This document shows, piece by piece, positions 1 to 12,410 of a stretch of DNA of 64,000 nt. Source of the stretch: Raillietiella orientalis (taxonomy: Eukaryota); assembly GCA_036172245.1 (NCBI GenBank), contig JAYWIR010000015.1, positions 1,426,001-1,490,000 of the forward strand, given 5' to 3'. The position numbers and the translations under genes were made by a program. Position 1 is the stretch's first letter; each line of letters begins with the position of its first letter. The notes below the pieces were generated by a model. The model was not told the origin of the DNA, ran no database searches, and was given only the letters and a program-made list of their open reading frames with translations.

Positions 1-3000
1 CGCGCCACCCCACAGTCCTCTTCCCTCTCTCGGACCCCCTCCCCGCGTAAGAGACGCGCGCCCCTCGCGGGTCAGAACGAGGCGGAGGGAGGCGGGAGGA
101 AGGGTGAACGGAGCGGAAGGGATGGGCGGGAGAAGGAAAAGCGGCGGGGGAGCGACAAGAGAGAGAGAGAAGGAAAAAAAAGGGACCCCCGCTCGCCCCT
201 GCTCTGCCCCCCTTCTTTCCCCCTCCTCTCCCCCTTCCTTCCGCTGCCGCCTCGCATCCCTCTGCCACCCCCGAGAGGGACAGCTCTCCTCTCAAAAGAA
301 GACAGAAGCAAACAGCAAAAGGGGGTCAAGAGAAGGGAGAGGGAAGAGAGGAAGAAAACTTCCCCCGGGTCCGTGGAATGTTCCTCGGTCGCTTCCGCGG
401 CCACTCCCTTCGGTCCCAGAAAGCGTATTTTCCCGCGGTCCGCGCAAGCGCGTCGGTCCAGAGGACGTCTCTGTCTCGGAGAAATTTGTAGAACACTGTT
501 TTTACGAAACAAAGGGTACGTATATTTTGTATAAGTGATATTTTTAAGTTAAAGCTAAACGAATCCTATGTAACTCAATGGGAAAAATAAATAACTATGT
601 CACGCCGCCGGCGTGTCGTCAATTGGTGCCACGGGGCCGCCCGCGCCGCAGCGCAAGAGACCTTCAGCAGCGGCAGGCACTGCCGGCCTGGCCCTGCAGC
701 CGCCTTCCTCCTTCCCCTTCCTTCCAGGAGAACTCTCGGACCTGCGCCAGGCTGGAGCGGAAGACCCCGGAAACGGGCGTAGCCCTCCCCTCGGGAGAGA
801 GAGGCGGCCGCCTCGGACTTCTGCGTGGGGGCGGGGCGCCGGAAAGACCGTGGTTTCCTCCTAGGGACGGCGCTCCGGGCGTCGGAGCAGCGGAGCAGTT
901 GCTTCCGGAATGGCCAAGCCTGACCCCGCCGGGAGGAAGGTCCGTCCCCATCGCCATCCCGCCTCGCAGGGAGTCGCCCGGCCATCGCTGCCCCCGACGG
1001 TCCTCGAGGAGCTTTGGACGGATCGACGATCTCCAGGGAGGCTTCTGCCGGCGTCCTTCGTCCGCCCGCTGGGCTGCTGCTGCCCTCACCCTGGGGTCCA
1101 CCTATTCGTCGTTGTCACCACTCTGCTGCTTGAAGGGGGGGGGGACGCCTAACTTGCAGCTGGACGGTGGTTTCCTGGAAACCCTGGCGCCCATGGTCTC
1201 CGCCGACGGCATAGGCAGCTCCCCCACTTCCAGGTGCTCCCTCGAACCCCCCAGGATCTTATCTGGGGAAGGTGGGAGAAGTTTTTGCCTCTTCCTGGCC
1301 CACTTTCGAGATGCTGGAGGAGCAGCAAACGCGGCACTTTTCGCGCTCCTTCGCGGTCGCTACGGAGACGAATCAGGAAGCGTGGGCAGGCGGAAGGGCT
1401 CTGGAGGGACGAAAGCCAAAAGAAGGAAAAGCGCCCACATTCCATTGTCTGGTTCCCCCCAAAGATCAGACGTCCCTGGGAGGCCGCGCCACTCCTCGGC
1501 CGTCGACGGGACTCCGGACGAGGTCAGCTGACGAGTCTCTCGGAGCGCCTCCTAGAGCTCGGGTCGGAACCAGGCAAGTCTCGGGGGTGTAGCGGGTGCG
1601 TCCGCTCGCCCAGAAATGGTCCAGAGGCCGAACCACTCAGATGGTTTTTCTCTTCCCCTCTCCTTCTCATCTCTCCTCTGCACGGTCAGCGGACAGAGCC
1701 CCTCCTCTCCTTCCCTCACGTCCCCTCGAACCCGCCTCGCGACGCTCGCCCGTTCGGAAGGCGCTCAGTCTCTCCCGGAGAAACCTCTCCAGAATGAGGA
1801 GGGGGGAGCTTCGGGACCCAGCAGCGGCAGCATCCATTAGCCGTCGCGACCTTCAGGCCTCCATCCCTCCCTGCGTGCGCACGTGGTCGCCGTCTCTTTC
1901 CACCTGACCTTTCCTCGAGGCCTCTCTCGGCAGCGTGCCCGCCAAGGACTCCGGGCACTCCCGTCGGCAAGCCCCGCCGTCGACCCTTCTTGGAGTCCCC
2001 GGAAGAATCCTCCACCGTTTCCCCTGAGGGGGTGCGAGCGCTCCGGTGGTCAGCCCGCCACCGCCACCATCCTCCTCGCCTTCCTCTTCCACCGGCGCTC
2101 CCCTCCTGCGCGCGGAGCGTGCCGCCGCCTCACTCGCGGGCGGCCCTGCCCCGAGATGTACGCGAGAGGGAGGGAGGAAGGAAGGGGCGCAAGAGGAGGA
2201 GCGGGCGCGACGGAGGCTGCCCGCCGTCGGCAAGCCGGGAAGGGACGGAGGGAGGGCTGTCCTCATCGGAGCGACCCGCGGCGGCTGCGAGGAGGCGGGC
2301 GGAAGGGGAGATGGTACGCGCCCTTCATGCGCGCGGTCCTCTCGGATCCGGGAACGGGGGACAGGGAAAGACATGGGGGAGACCGCGTAGCGGCGGCCGC
2401 GGCGACGCTCTCGGATCCAGCGCTCGCGCGCTTTCACGACCGCGGCGGGTCCGCAGAGGGACGGATGGTGACGTCACGCCGGTCGCAAAGGGAGGGAACG
2501 GCGGAGGATCCTACGAGACCCCGCCCCCTTTCCTGCCCACTTGAGCCGCAGCAGTCGCGTCCTCGGAACGGCTGGTTGGCCCCCTTCTCGCTTCTCTCCC
2601 CTACCCCTCCTTCTGCCGATGCTCCTTCTCTTCCTTCTACCTTAGTCCTCCACGAGCGCGCGCGCCCGGAATCCCGGAGTGCGTCTCCCGTCCCTCTCCT
2701 TTCACAGCCGAGGTGCTGCAAGGGTCGTCTCCGAGGACCCCCTCCGGCATGGTGCGCGCGGGTGAGGCTGCGCGCACGCGTGCTCCGCGGTGGCTCGGAA
2801 GCGCCCGCTGGTTGCACGCGCTGGCTCTTTGTTTTCGCGCGGTCGTCAAGAAGGACGAGGGAAAGGGAAGGGGAGGGGCCGGCGAGCCCGCGCGTCGCTC
2901 CTTCCCCCCCCCCCCCTCCCGCCCGCCGCCCGCGGAGGCTGCGATCCAGACCGCTGCCCTTCAAGCCGCTTCTGAGAGGCTCGAGCCCCCCCTTCCCCGC

Positions 3001-5449
3001 CTTCACGAGGGACGGGAGGCCCCTCTGCTCCGCCTCTTCCTCCGCCTTTTCCTGGGACCTTTTCTCGGCCCGAGGGGCACTGACTCTCCGACCCCGTTGG
3101 AAGAGGACCAAAGCCTCCAGAATCAACCCTGCCGACCCGGTACGACTCTTTCCCCTTTCCTCTCCCTGCCCATCTGGCACCGCTCATGACCACCCCTTCC
3201 TCCCCTGAGCCGGAGCACCTTCCCTCATGAGGGAGGGGGGTCTGCCCAAGCTGCCCTCGTATTCCCTAGAGGGAGAGTCCTCCCTCATCCTGCGCCACCC
3301 CCCCAGGCCCAAGAAGACGTCCGGGACTTCTCCTTTCCCTCCTTCTCCCTTCTTCCTGTGGGGCGAGCTCGACTGGATGTCAGTTGGGCTCCACTGGGAG
3401 CGGTCAGAGGGGGCGGCGCATCGGCGACTTCCCGGCATTCCCCACCGGGACGTCCTGGCCTCTCCTCCTCGCTGTGCCTGTCCTCTGGCGGCACGCTCAT
3501 CCGCCGCGGCCACGGAGAAGGGTGAAGGAGGAGAGGCGAAAGGGGCAGGAGCCGGGGTGGCTGGGAGGAAAAAGGGGAAAAAAGGAGCATCTATCCGGAC
3601 GCTCGTTCCCCCCAAGCTATCGGGGGAGGAGGAAAGCGAGCAGAGGGTCAGAGCTCCAAAAGTGCTGCGGGAAACGGGGGAAGGGGCCGCGCGCTCCCGG
3701 CTGGAGGAAGAGTGTCGGACGTCCCCCGAAGCATCGCGCCAAGAAGGGGGGACCTCGAACTCTCTCTGGAACCTCTTCGGGGGATGGGACCGCCTTTCCC
3801 CTCGCCCCTCCGGCTCCCGGGTCTCCTCCGGAAGGAATAGGCAGCGGCGGGGGGCGCCAGTCTTGGAGCCTTCCAGCTGCCCCGGGTTGCGCGTGACTGT
3901 CTTCCGACAGAAGAGCCAGGGGAAGGGTCCTCGGTAGGGCCTCCTGAACCGACACGGGGGGTCCCTCGGAGTGTCATCCCTCGAGGGGCAGTCGGGAGAA
4001 TTGGGTCCCCTTGAAGACGAGGAGGGAACTCCAGGAGGAAAGGCCACTCTTTGCCCCATCGGGGTTTCAGCTCAAGACGGCGTTCCAGGAAGGGGGAAAC
4101 GTCGCACACTCCTCCCCCCTTTCCTGGAAGGAAGAGGGGAAGCGTTCCGGTAGACCCGAGGGAACGCACCCCATCGAAATGCCCCCTCCGGGGATTCCGC
4201 GAGACGAGCTTCCCGGATGGATCTCCCCGATCCCGAAACGGTGTTTCCGCTTCCACCTGCGCGCTCTTCCTGAACGGGAGCAGCCCCCCCCCGGGCGAGC
4301 CGGGAAGACTCGGACTGGGGAAAGGGTGGCGCCCTCCCGCTGGACTGAGGGTGCGATCGCCAACCTCAGGGCGAGGAGAAGTGGAAAAGCGGGAAATCCT
4401 GGAAGGCGGGAAGGCGCGCCGTCGTCCGGGAAGAGGTCTCCCGACAATCGGGAAGCAGGAAGGGCGCTCCCCGGAGAGGCGGTCTTCCGGGGGAGGGTCG
4501 TCACGGCCTCCTGCTCCGCTCGCCTTGGATTCCAGGAGTGCTCCAGGCGGTGGGTAGATGCACCCAGAGGCAGGGACAGGAGCAGAGGACTCGGAGGAGC
4601 AAGTAAAAGCAGGAAAAAGGGGGAGAAGGAAGGAGAGACGGTGGGTCCTTTCCTTCCTCTTCCCTCTCCCTCTTCCCGTCTCAACCACCTCGGGACGAGG
4701 AACGCTATGGAGTTGATTTCCGGGAGGATCGTCGTAGATGCGACCTGGAATCTCTCGCCGCTTCCTGTTTAACCCCTCCGCTGCTCGCGGGGGGAACATC
4801 CGCGATCGATGTCGGGGATCTCCCTCTAATCCCGCGTGGGTGATTTATAGCAGGATCGCCTCGGGACCACTGCTGAATCCCTGGGATCATCCATCGTTCC
4901 TTCCGCCTTTCCCTTTGGGTGGCAGCGGGGCAGGTAGGTGAGTGCGCAGTGTTCCGGGAGAGGGGGGGGGGGGGAGGGAAGGGGCCAGTTGCGCGCAGCG
5001 CCGCCGGAGAGAGGGGGGTGGGGGAGGGGGACAGGCGCATGTGGAAATGTCCGCCCTCGAACCGGAGTTCTTCTTCCCTTTCGGAAGAGAACCTCTCCCC
5101 AGCTGCCCCCTTCGCGCCCCTGTGGGGCTCTTTCAGACGAAGCTGCACCCCGTAGTATCCCCTCTGGCACCTCCAGAAAAAGCCAGCTGAAGCCCATGGA
5201 GGGCGCGGGGGCGAGATCTGCCGCAGAAAGCTTCCTTCTTTCTCTTCTTTCAGGCTTACCAGATGTTTCCTCGCGCTTTCGCGTCTTGTGTAGAACGAGT
5301 GGCGATCGTCCTTTTCCGAGACAAGGCGATGCACCTCCCAGGGAGCCCCAGCCTCCGGTTCCCGAGGGGTGCCCATACCACGCAGAGAAGCGCGCATGAG
5401 TTTTATCGAAGACGCGCTCCCTAACGCGATCGTTCACGCGGTCCCCCTC

Positions 5450-5910
5450 GTTTCGACGGAACGAACGCTCGGTTTCCCCGGTAACGGCGCGTAGTCTCCA
5501 TTCGTGGGCTCTCGCTTGGCAACTTCGAAAAGTTTGACGAATATTCCGTTTCCCGAGCAACAGAGCGTGCCTCCTTCGCCGCGGCCTGCGTAGCAACTGC
5601 AAACAATGGCAATTAAGCCGGTACAACAATGAGTTTCTTCCAGCGCGGCGCTACCTAGAGACTAGGAAGCTCGGCCCCGTTAACTTGGAAACCAGCGCGA
5701 ACACTTCGCTTTCTCAGCAACAATGAGTGTCTCTCCCGAAGCCACCTGTGTAGCAGCCGGAAAATTTGCTCGGCTGCTCGAAGCTCTATGGATGTTCCTT
5801 TTTTTCACCTCAGCAGTAGCTGCCTTTCATCGGCAGTACCAGTGAGGCCTGCACTTCCAGATTGAAAAACTAGCAACACCGGCGTTACGAGACGCCTGCT
5901 CTAATCAAAG
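5450..5910. promoter_or_regulatory. Candidate cis-regulatory module: cluster of RFX X-box-like sites with Sox, E-box and TCF-like motifs
   Basis: Six RGYAAC half-sites on + (5480, 5518, 5556, 5592, 5716, 5872). Full X-box-like sites: GTTTCC-CC-GGTAAC 5472-5485, GTTTCC-CG-AGCAAC 5548-5561, GTTAAC-TT-GGAAAC 5679-5692. AACAATG (Sox) at 5602, 5625, 5719; CACCTG 5743; ATCAAAG 5904. Confidence 0.55.
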
Positions 5911-8454
5911 ATGAATGCCACCGAAGAGATGCAGTGGCAAAAAAAAAAGAAAAAATCAGAGACTGAGAGAATGGAAAGGTAGAGCTTTCTGGAAAATCTC
6001 CCATATCGTTTTCACAAAGTTAGCTGCAAAATTGAAAAGCGGCCTTGCAGCCGTTCTTCACTCTGGAATGGCACGGCACGAGGTAGGGCGACCCAGTGTG
6101 GCTTCGTTGTGGGCAGAACTGCGTCAGAAACCCAGAAAGCGTGCAACCCGTCCACAGAGGAGAACCAGAGGGGAAAAAATCACTCCCCCTCGCGCCAAGA
6201 AGTCTCACAGAAAAACGATTTGTACCCACCGCCGTGCCCCTCCCTATCTAAGAGTACTGGAGCGCCATCTTCAGTTCCGTCGTTGAATTGCCCGAGGCTC
6301 TTCGAGAGAATTGCGGAACAAACCCTGCAGGAATCACAATGGAGGATCTGAATTACCGTTTTTCTAGGGCCACTGAAAAGCATTTTTTTTTTCCTTTCGT
6401 TCTCAATGGTCATTCTTCATTAGCATTCTGTTCTTATCTTTTAGTTTTTTTTTTTTTCCTTCTTCTTCCTTATGGTGGTTAGGTCGCCTTCGCTTTCTCG
6501 TTATGCTCGGGTCTGCTTCCACTCCCACAAAGAAATTCCTTGTTTGCTAATCACCATCAGACTAATTAAAATCTGATGGAGGAGTTTTCGAAAGATGAGG
6601 GAGATCGGGCAGAGCTCGTTGATTTTTTTTTTTTCTTTTTGCTCTCTTCTTCGCCAGGTGCGACTTTCCGCGTTTCTCGGGGCGCACTGCGCACGGATGG
6701 CGCTCCCGCCCTCCTCGGGCGACTCGGACGCATCGGAAGCTGGAGCAGCCCGTCTCTCGCGCATCCGAAAATCCTGAGAAAAGGGCTTTCCTCGACTCTC
6801 ACCGGGACTCTCCTACAGGAACGCGAGGTGGGAAACGGCTGGACGAAACCTCGTCCGAAGGGAATGGTTGCCAGAGAAACGCGAGGACACCCGCAATCGA
6901 AACAGCGACGGTTAAGGGAGCTGCGGCCGAAATGACCCATCCTTTTCTTCTTGATCGACAGCGGGCTCTTCGAGTGAACAGCTGTACACCGTTTTCACGT
7001 GTGTATACGTGCATACACTGTATGCACACATGCAAGTGAAGCGCGTGAGTGTGTGCACGTGCGTCCACACTTGATTCTCAAGCGAAAGGGAAAAGGGATT
7101 CCGGATGGATTTCCAACAGTATGTCGCGGTGAGCACGACGCAGCTCGCTTGAGGCAGTGAGCTCTTCCCGGAAGGAAAGCGTTCAGGCAACTCCCATCGA
7201 TGGCTCCGTCTAGACTCCGAGGGCCCCGTTGCGGGGAAATCACTCTGGCTGCTGTCTCCTTTGGAGGGCAACTGAGCTGAATGCAGGTCGGAGGAAGAGG
7301 ATGCTAGGGATTCGGAGGGGCGTTCGTGGGGGAGGAGGCTTCTGGAAGGATCGGATGGGGTCGCTGGAAGTGGAGTAGAGCTGGGAGGGGAACTGAGGAT
7401 TCTGGCCAAGACCCCAGAAGGAGAGAATTCGTCAGCACCTTTCACTGATATCCCCCCCCCCTCATTCTCCCGAGTGGGATGGGAGTGGGGGAAATTTCGG
7501 CGAAAGGTTGAAGGAGTCATCCTCAGGAGCTTCCTCGAATGCCTTTTCGCCCTAGGAAGCGGAAGGAAGCCGTCGTCCTGACCTCTTCCGTCTCAGAGAA
7601 AGATGCAGAGAACAGTGGCACTGCCACCTTCATCCCGGAGAGCTCCCGTTCTCTCTCCCTGCCCTCCGGAAAAGAGCTCTCTCCCCAGCAGCCGAGGCCG
7701 ATGAACTGCCGCTTCCTGTTGTCCTTAGGCTTCCTCTAATCGCGCGAATGCTGATGGTGCTCTTCAGCATGGGGCCTTTCCAGAAGGAGGAGCGCCTGCG
7801 GTTGCAATGTTCCCAGCGAACCTCTTCTTCAGGAGCTCGGAAGCTCCGCTACTCCTGACCCTAGGGTTCAGGTAAAATCACAATAGGGCGCAGGGTGACA
7901 TCGTTTGTAGGTCAAGGACCTCGGTGCATTGTCCTCGCGTTTCTTCTTTTTTTGCTTTTTTTTTTGCAGTTTCCGGGCCGGGAGGAGGAAAGGGGAGCCC
8001 TCCTTGCCCGTCCAGATGTGCCCCATTTCCTCCCGCTGTCGTAGCTCCCTGAGCGCCGGGGGGAGGTGTTGGAGGACGCACGCGCGTCTCCGGGCAGTCT
8101 GGCCGCCGGCGCGAAAGAAGAGGGGGAAAAGGCGCGCGAGCGAACGGCTCGCAGGCTTCCTCCTCTTCCTCGCAGTCCCCTCCGCTCGCGAGCGAAAGCG
8201 GGGAATAGGGGGAAGGAAGGGGGAGGGAGTGCGGGAGGAAGAGGAGAAGAAGACACACACCAAGTGACTCATTTGCTCGTCAGATAATTAATCAGCGCCC
8301 TCGCGAAGCGGGCAATTTTCCGGGATGAGTCCGCTCCCTTCGTCTTCCCTGCTTTTTCAATCACGCGGGGATGGAAATCACGCGAGTGATGCGGGCAGCG
8401 GCGCCGGCGGGTACGGCTGAGGCCGCGCCGCAACCGCCCGCTCTCCCTCCTTCG

Positions 8455-8496
8455 CTCTCTCTCTCTCTCTCCCCAGACGCGCGCGCGCGCGCGCGC
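8455..8496. repeat. (CT)8 followed by (CG)9 microsatellite
   Basis: (CT)8 at 8455-8470; alternating CG at 8478-8496. Confidence 0.95.
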
Positions 8497-9316
8497 ATCT
8501 GGGGAGGGTGGAGGAGTAGGGAGGAAGGGCAGAGAGCCCGTGTCGCGGTCCCTTCCCGAGCCCCGTCCCGACGACGCGGCGTCTCCTGAGGGGGCGGCAG
8601 CCGAAGAAGGAAGAGCTCTCCTCCGCCTCTTCCTTCGTCTCCCTTACCTCCGAGCTCCCGCCTCGCCCCACCCCTCCGAGAACCTCCCCGAAGGTCCCCA
8701 TCCGGTGGCAGGGAGCTTCGGGAGGCCGGGAATCCCGGGGTGCTTGCTCCCCCGAGGTCGATTTTCAGGCCGGACGCACGGGGGCGGTCCGCACACCGCG
8801 GAGGCTCGCGAGTGCGCGGAAGAGCCGCCTGGGAAACTCAGCAGCGGATGGGCGCGTCTGCTCATCTCATCTCATCGCCGGGTGTCTCCCTTCGCTCTCT
8901 TCCTCTTCTTCCTTCCTTCTTCCCCTCTCCTCCTCGCTTCCCCCTCCCCCCGTGCTTTCGCTCTCCCTTTTCTCCCCCTTTTCTGGCTCTTCTGCTCCCC
9001 CAACCACCTCCCGGGAGTTGGGCTCTCGCGTATGCATCAGTGTAATGGGCATCTCGGGCAACGGGTTCGTTGGGAGCGATGCAAAGCGCAGGTGTAGCGA
9101 GGGGGAGGGGAAGGTGGGGTGGCGGACAGCAGTCAGCGTGCACCTCCCTTGGACAGCGACTCACACCCATCCGCCATCGTCCTCTCTCCTCACCCGGGAA
9201 GCGGGAGCTGCATCCCCGCGCGCACCATGCAGGGAGCGACCCGCAGGAGCATTCATTGTGCCTGCAGCTGGAAAGGGGAAAGCGCATTGGAGCTATGGGG
9301 CGGAGAGTCCACAAGA

Positions 9317-9477
9317 TCTCCTCCTCCTCCTCTTCCTCTTTTCTTCATCCTCCTCCTTTCCTCCCTTCCTTCTCCCTTCCTCTTCCTCCTCTTTTCTTCC
9401 TCTTTCACACTTTCTCCCTGTCTCCTCCTCCTCTCCTTTTCCTCCCTCTTCTCCATCTCCATTCTCATCCTCATCTT
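9317..9477 (+). repeat. Polypyrimidine low-complexity tract (CT/CCT-rich)
   Basis: 161 nt with 8 purines by hand count. Confidence 0.9.
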
Positions 9478-12301
9478 GCGGCTGCCTCTTGCCCGCCCCC
9501 GCTGGGCCCATGTGAAGCGCCCGCTGTGCATGGACGACTGGCAGGTTCATGCGCGTTCGAGCCGAATGGCAGAAGGGGGGGGGGGGGTCATCCCTCTTTT
9601 GCTCCTCGCGCACGGAGCTCACGCGCGACTGGCGGCAGCTCCTCTCCGTTCCTTCCCGATCCTCCTCTGCCTTGCGGGCAAGGAGGATTTGGAAATTGAC
9701 TCACCCCCCTAATACTCGGAGCCCCAGACATAGCATTCCCACGACTTAATAATTTTAGCTTTTGATTACTACCCCAGCCTTCTCCATATTACTCCTCAGA
9801 ATCCTGCATTCAAAGGATCCTGCATCCTCCAGGAGATGGAAAGGGGGAAGAATTCCCGTCAGCAGTGGGAAGGGACCGCAGGGCTACAGGGAGTAGATGA
9901 CCCCTTCCGTCCGTGGCGTTTCTGGAGGTACCGGTCGACTGGCACGTGGGTGAGATCCCTGCAGGCGCGTCGGGGGCTTCCCCACCCGAGCTCGCGGCAA
10001 CCCTCAGGGAAGAGACTCCCGGACCCTAGTCCCTCTCAGTTCTCTCTGATGCTAAGGGATCTGCAGGTTCTCTTGACAGAGGTGCTGCCCACGAGCCTCC
10101 TGACTCCTCTTCTGACCCCTCTTTGGGATCGCATAATTCCCAGAGGAAGAGAAGGGGTGTGAAGTTGTAGGGAGGGAGGAGGAGGGGAAACCGATGGAAA
10201 GTTGAAGGAATGGTCGGGACGCTGCCCCTCCCCTGCGCTCCAGCTCCCTGCGGTCGACCCCTTTGCAGCTCTCGGAAGGATAAGGGACTCAGAACAAAGG
10301 GGGAAGGACGGAGGATGCTGAAAGGGGGGGAGTGAGTACAGCAGCCGCTGTCGTGACCGCTGACTCCCCTTCCTACTCGCCCTCCTTTGAGGAAGAGAAG
10401 ATATCCCGTCCTCCGCGGTGGTCCCTCCCCTGACTCGGACCAAAGTGACGAAGGACCTATCCCGACGATCGTCTTTACAGGAACAGGAAGATCCGGAAAG
10501 AGCGGGAAGGCAAGGGAAGGGTGAAATCTCGCCGTCCCATGTTCGTCCCGGATCCTGCGTTCCAATTCCGCGGTTTTCGACATGCTTCCCGGAGTCTCCT
10601 GATGGTTTCTAAGGAAACCTTCACTCTTCGGGTGATTCCGCGGCGGGCCCTCGTGCTGCTCTCTCCTCTGGCGTCCGCAGAGGGCGCGGAGGGAGAGGCG
10701 CCTCCGGGAACGGGTGGGTGGGATGGCAACGATGCGCGCTCAGATTCGTCCTTCTCCCTGGAGACCGCGTTGACCACGGTCCCGAAGTTCCGCAGCTGCA
10801 GCCAGCCAGGGTAAGGCTCGGATCCGCTCGCGGGAGGGGGTGCCCCTCTGGACCGAAGAAGCAGTCCGTCGGGATCTCAAGAAGGAGGACAAGCAGTGGC
10901 GGCGTCGCCCTCCTCTCGCCCTGTGCTTCGGTGTCCTGACGCAGTCCCCCCCTTTTCCCCCCTGAGCGAACGCCCACGACGGAAGGCGGGGATGGGCGTT
11001 GCCGACTGGCGCCTCGACGACAAGAGAGACGCCTCGTCACTCCTCGTGCCCCCTACCGGAGGGCGCGCACACACCCTCACGGGCGGCAGTGGGTGAGAAG
11101 GGGGTGGCTGGGAGGGCAGGCCGCTGCTCACCCAAGGGGAAGAGAGACTTTCCCGGGAAGACCTGCCCGACGGAATTCTGCCGCCCTCCCGACTTCCCGG
11201 CAAGAGGTGTCGGGAAAGCGCGATCGCCTCGGAGAAAGCCGTCGTCCCTCTCTCTCTTCCTCCTCGCTGGGGTGCTGCCTCCAGCGCCGTGCAGAGGAAG
11301 GAGAAGGGGTGGGGGGTGGGAAAGGTCCGGTCGCGGCGAGGCCCCGCAATTAGCGGCAGGAACCGACCCGCTTTCTTCCTCAATTTGGACCTCGGATGCG
11401 CAGCCTCCGACCTCCCCGCGACGTGCTCTTAATGCGTCCCCAGCAGTAATGGAGGCACGAAACGGCGATTAGGGAGTCGGCGGCTCCCCCCCCCCTTCTT
11501 TGCTCCCGGGGGAGCCCTTCCTAATTGCGTCCCTGTGTTTCCCTGACCAAAGGCGCCAAGGGGCAGGAAGGCTCTAGGCGATGGCTACGCTCACAACCTT
11601 CCCTTCCACCCTCCTCCTCCTTCCTCCTCCTCCTGCTTCCTTCCTTTCTTCCTGCTGAATTTCCCCGTGGGGAGCGCACAGACCACTGCCGCCTCCCATT
11701 GGACGCTACTGTTGCGGCCGTTCCTCCCCCTCACGCTGCCTCCCCGCCCTTGCTCCTTCCAGGGCCCGGATTTCCGAGTAGGACGCGGAGACAGAGAGGG
11801 TAGTCGGGTCCCCGAAAACAAGGAAGAAGGGAGAGGGCAAGGGGCGGGCCTTGGGGGTATTGGGCGTGGGAAGGGCCTGTCCCAGGCGGGAGGGGAGAGG
11901 CGCTGCGGCCGCTTCCGGTCGTCCTCGACGAGAATCGCTGAACTGCTCTGCTCCATCCCTGCCCGCGAGGGAGGGCCGCGGATCGTCGCCTCCCGGCAAC
12001 GCTGGTTCTACCCGCGTGCGAAGCGGCGGTACCGATACCAAGGAAGGGTGCTGCGGTGGTGGACCGCGGGTGGGATGTCTCCGAGTGCCAGTCACGAGAG
12101 CCCTCTGGAAAAGGAAAAGGGGTGAGGAGAGGAGAAAAACACACACACACGACGGAGAGCGAAGAGAAGGGCGCCACTTCCGGCACGATCGCTGGATCCC
12201 AGCGTCGTTCCACCCACCGGGAGAGGGCGATCGTCGCCTGCTTGAAGGAAGCAGGGGAGGGGGAGGGGGGAAACGAATGTCCCCTGACTTGTCGTCAGCT
12301 C

Positions 12302-12410
12302 GAATTAAACCGGCAGTTAAAACCTGGACGGGATAAGCAAACACGTGAAACCGGGTAATCATGGCAACCGTTTATTGCTCCCCGGACAGGTAATGATCAA
12401 GCAATTAGCG
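12302..12410. promoter_or_regulatory. AT-rich motif island: X-box, GATA, forkhead, E-box and homeodomain-like sites
   Basis: GATAAG 12332, GCAAACA 12337, CACGTG 12342, GTAATC-AT-GGCAAC 12355-12368 (fits RTHNYY-WT-RRNRAC), and several TAAT/ATTA cores, all inside GC-rich flanks. Confidence 0.4.

Noticed and set aside
5472..5621. CRISPR-like 36-38 bp periodicity
   Set aside because: The repeats are short degenerate motifs, the spacers resemble each other, and there are no cas genes; the context is eukaryotic.
5708..5728. Minus-strand resemblance to my recollection of miR-315 (…ATTGTTGCT.AGAAAGC)
   Set aside because: The seed end differs and there is no convincing precursor hairpin. The overlapping X-box and Sox motifs explain the sequence better.
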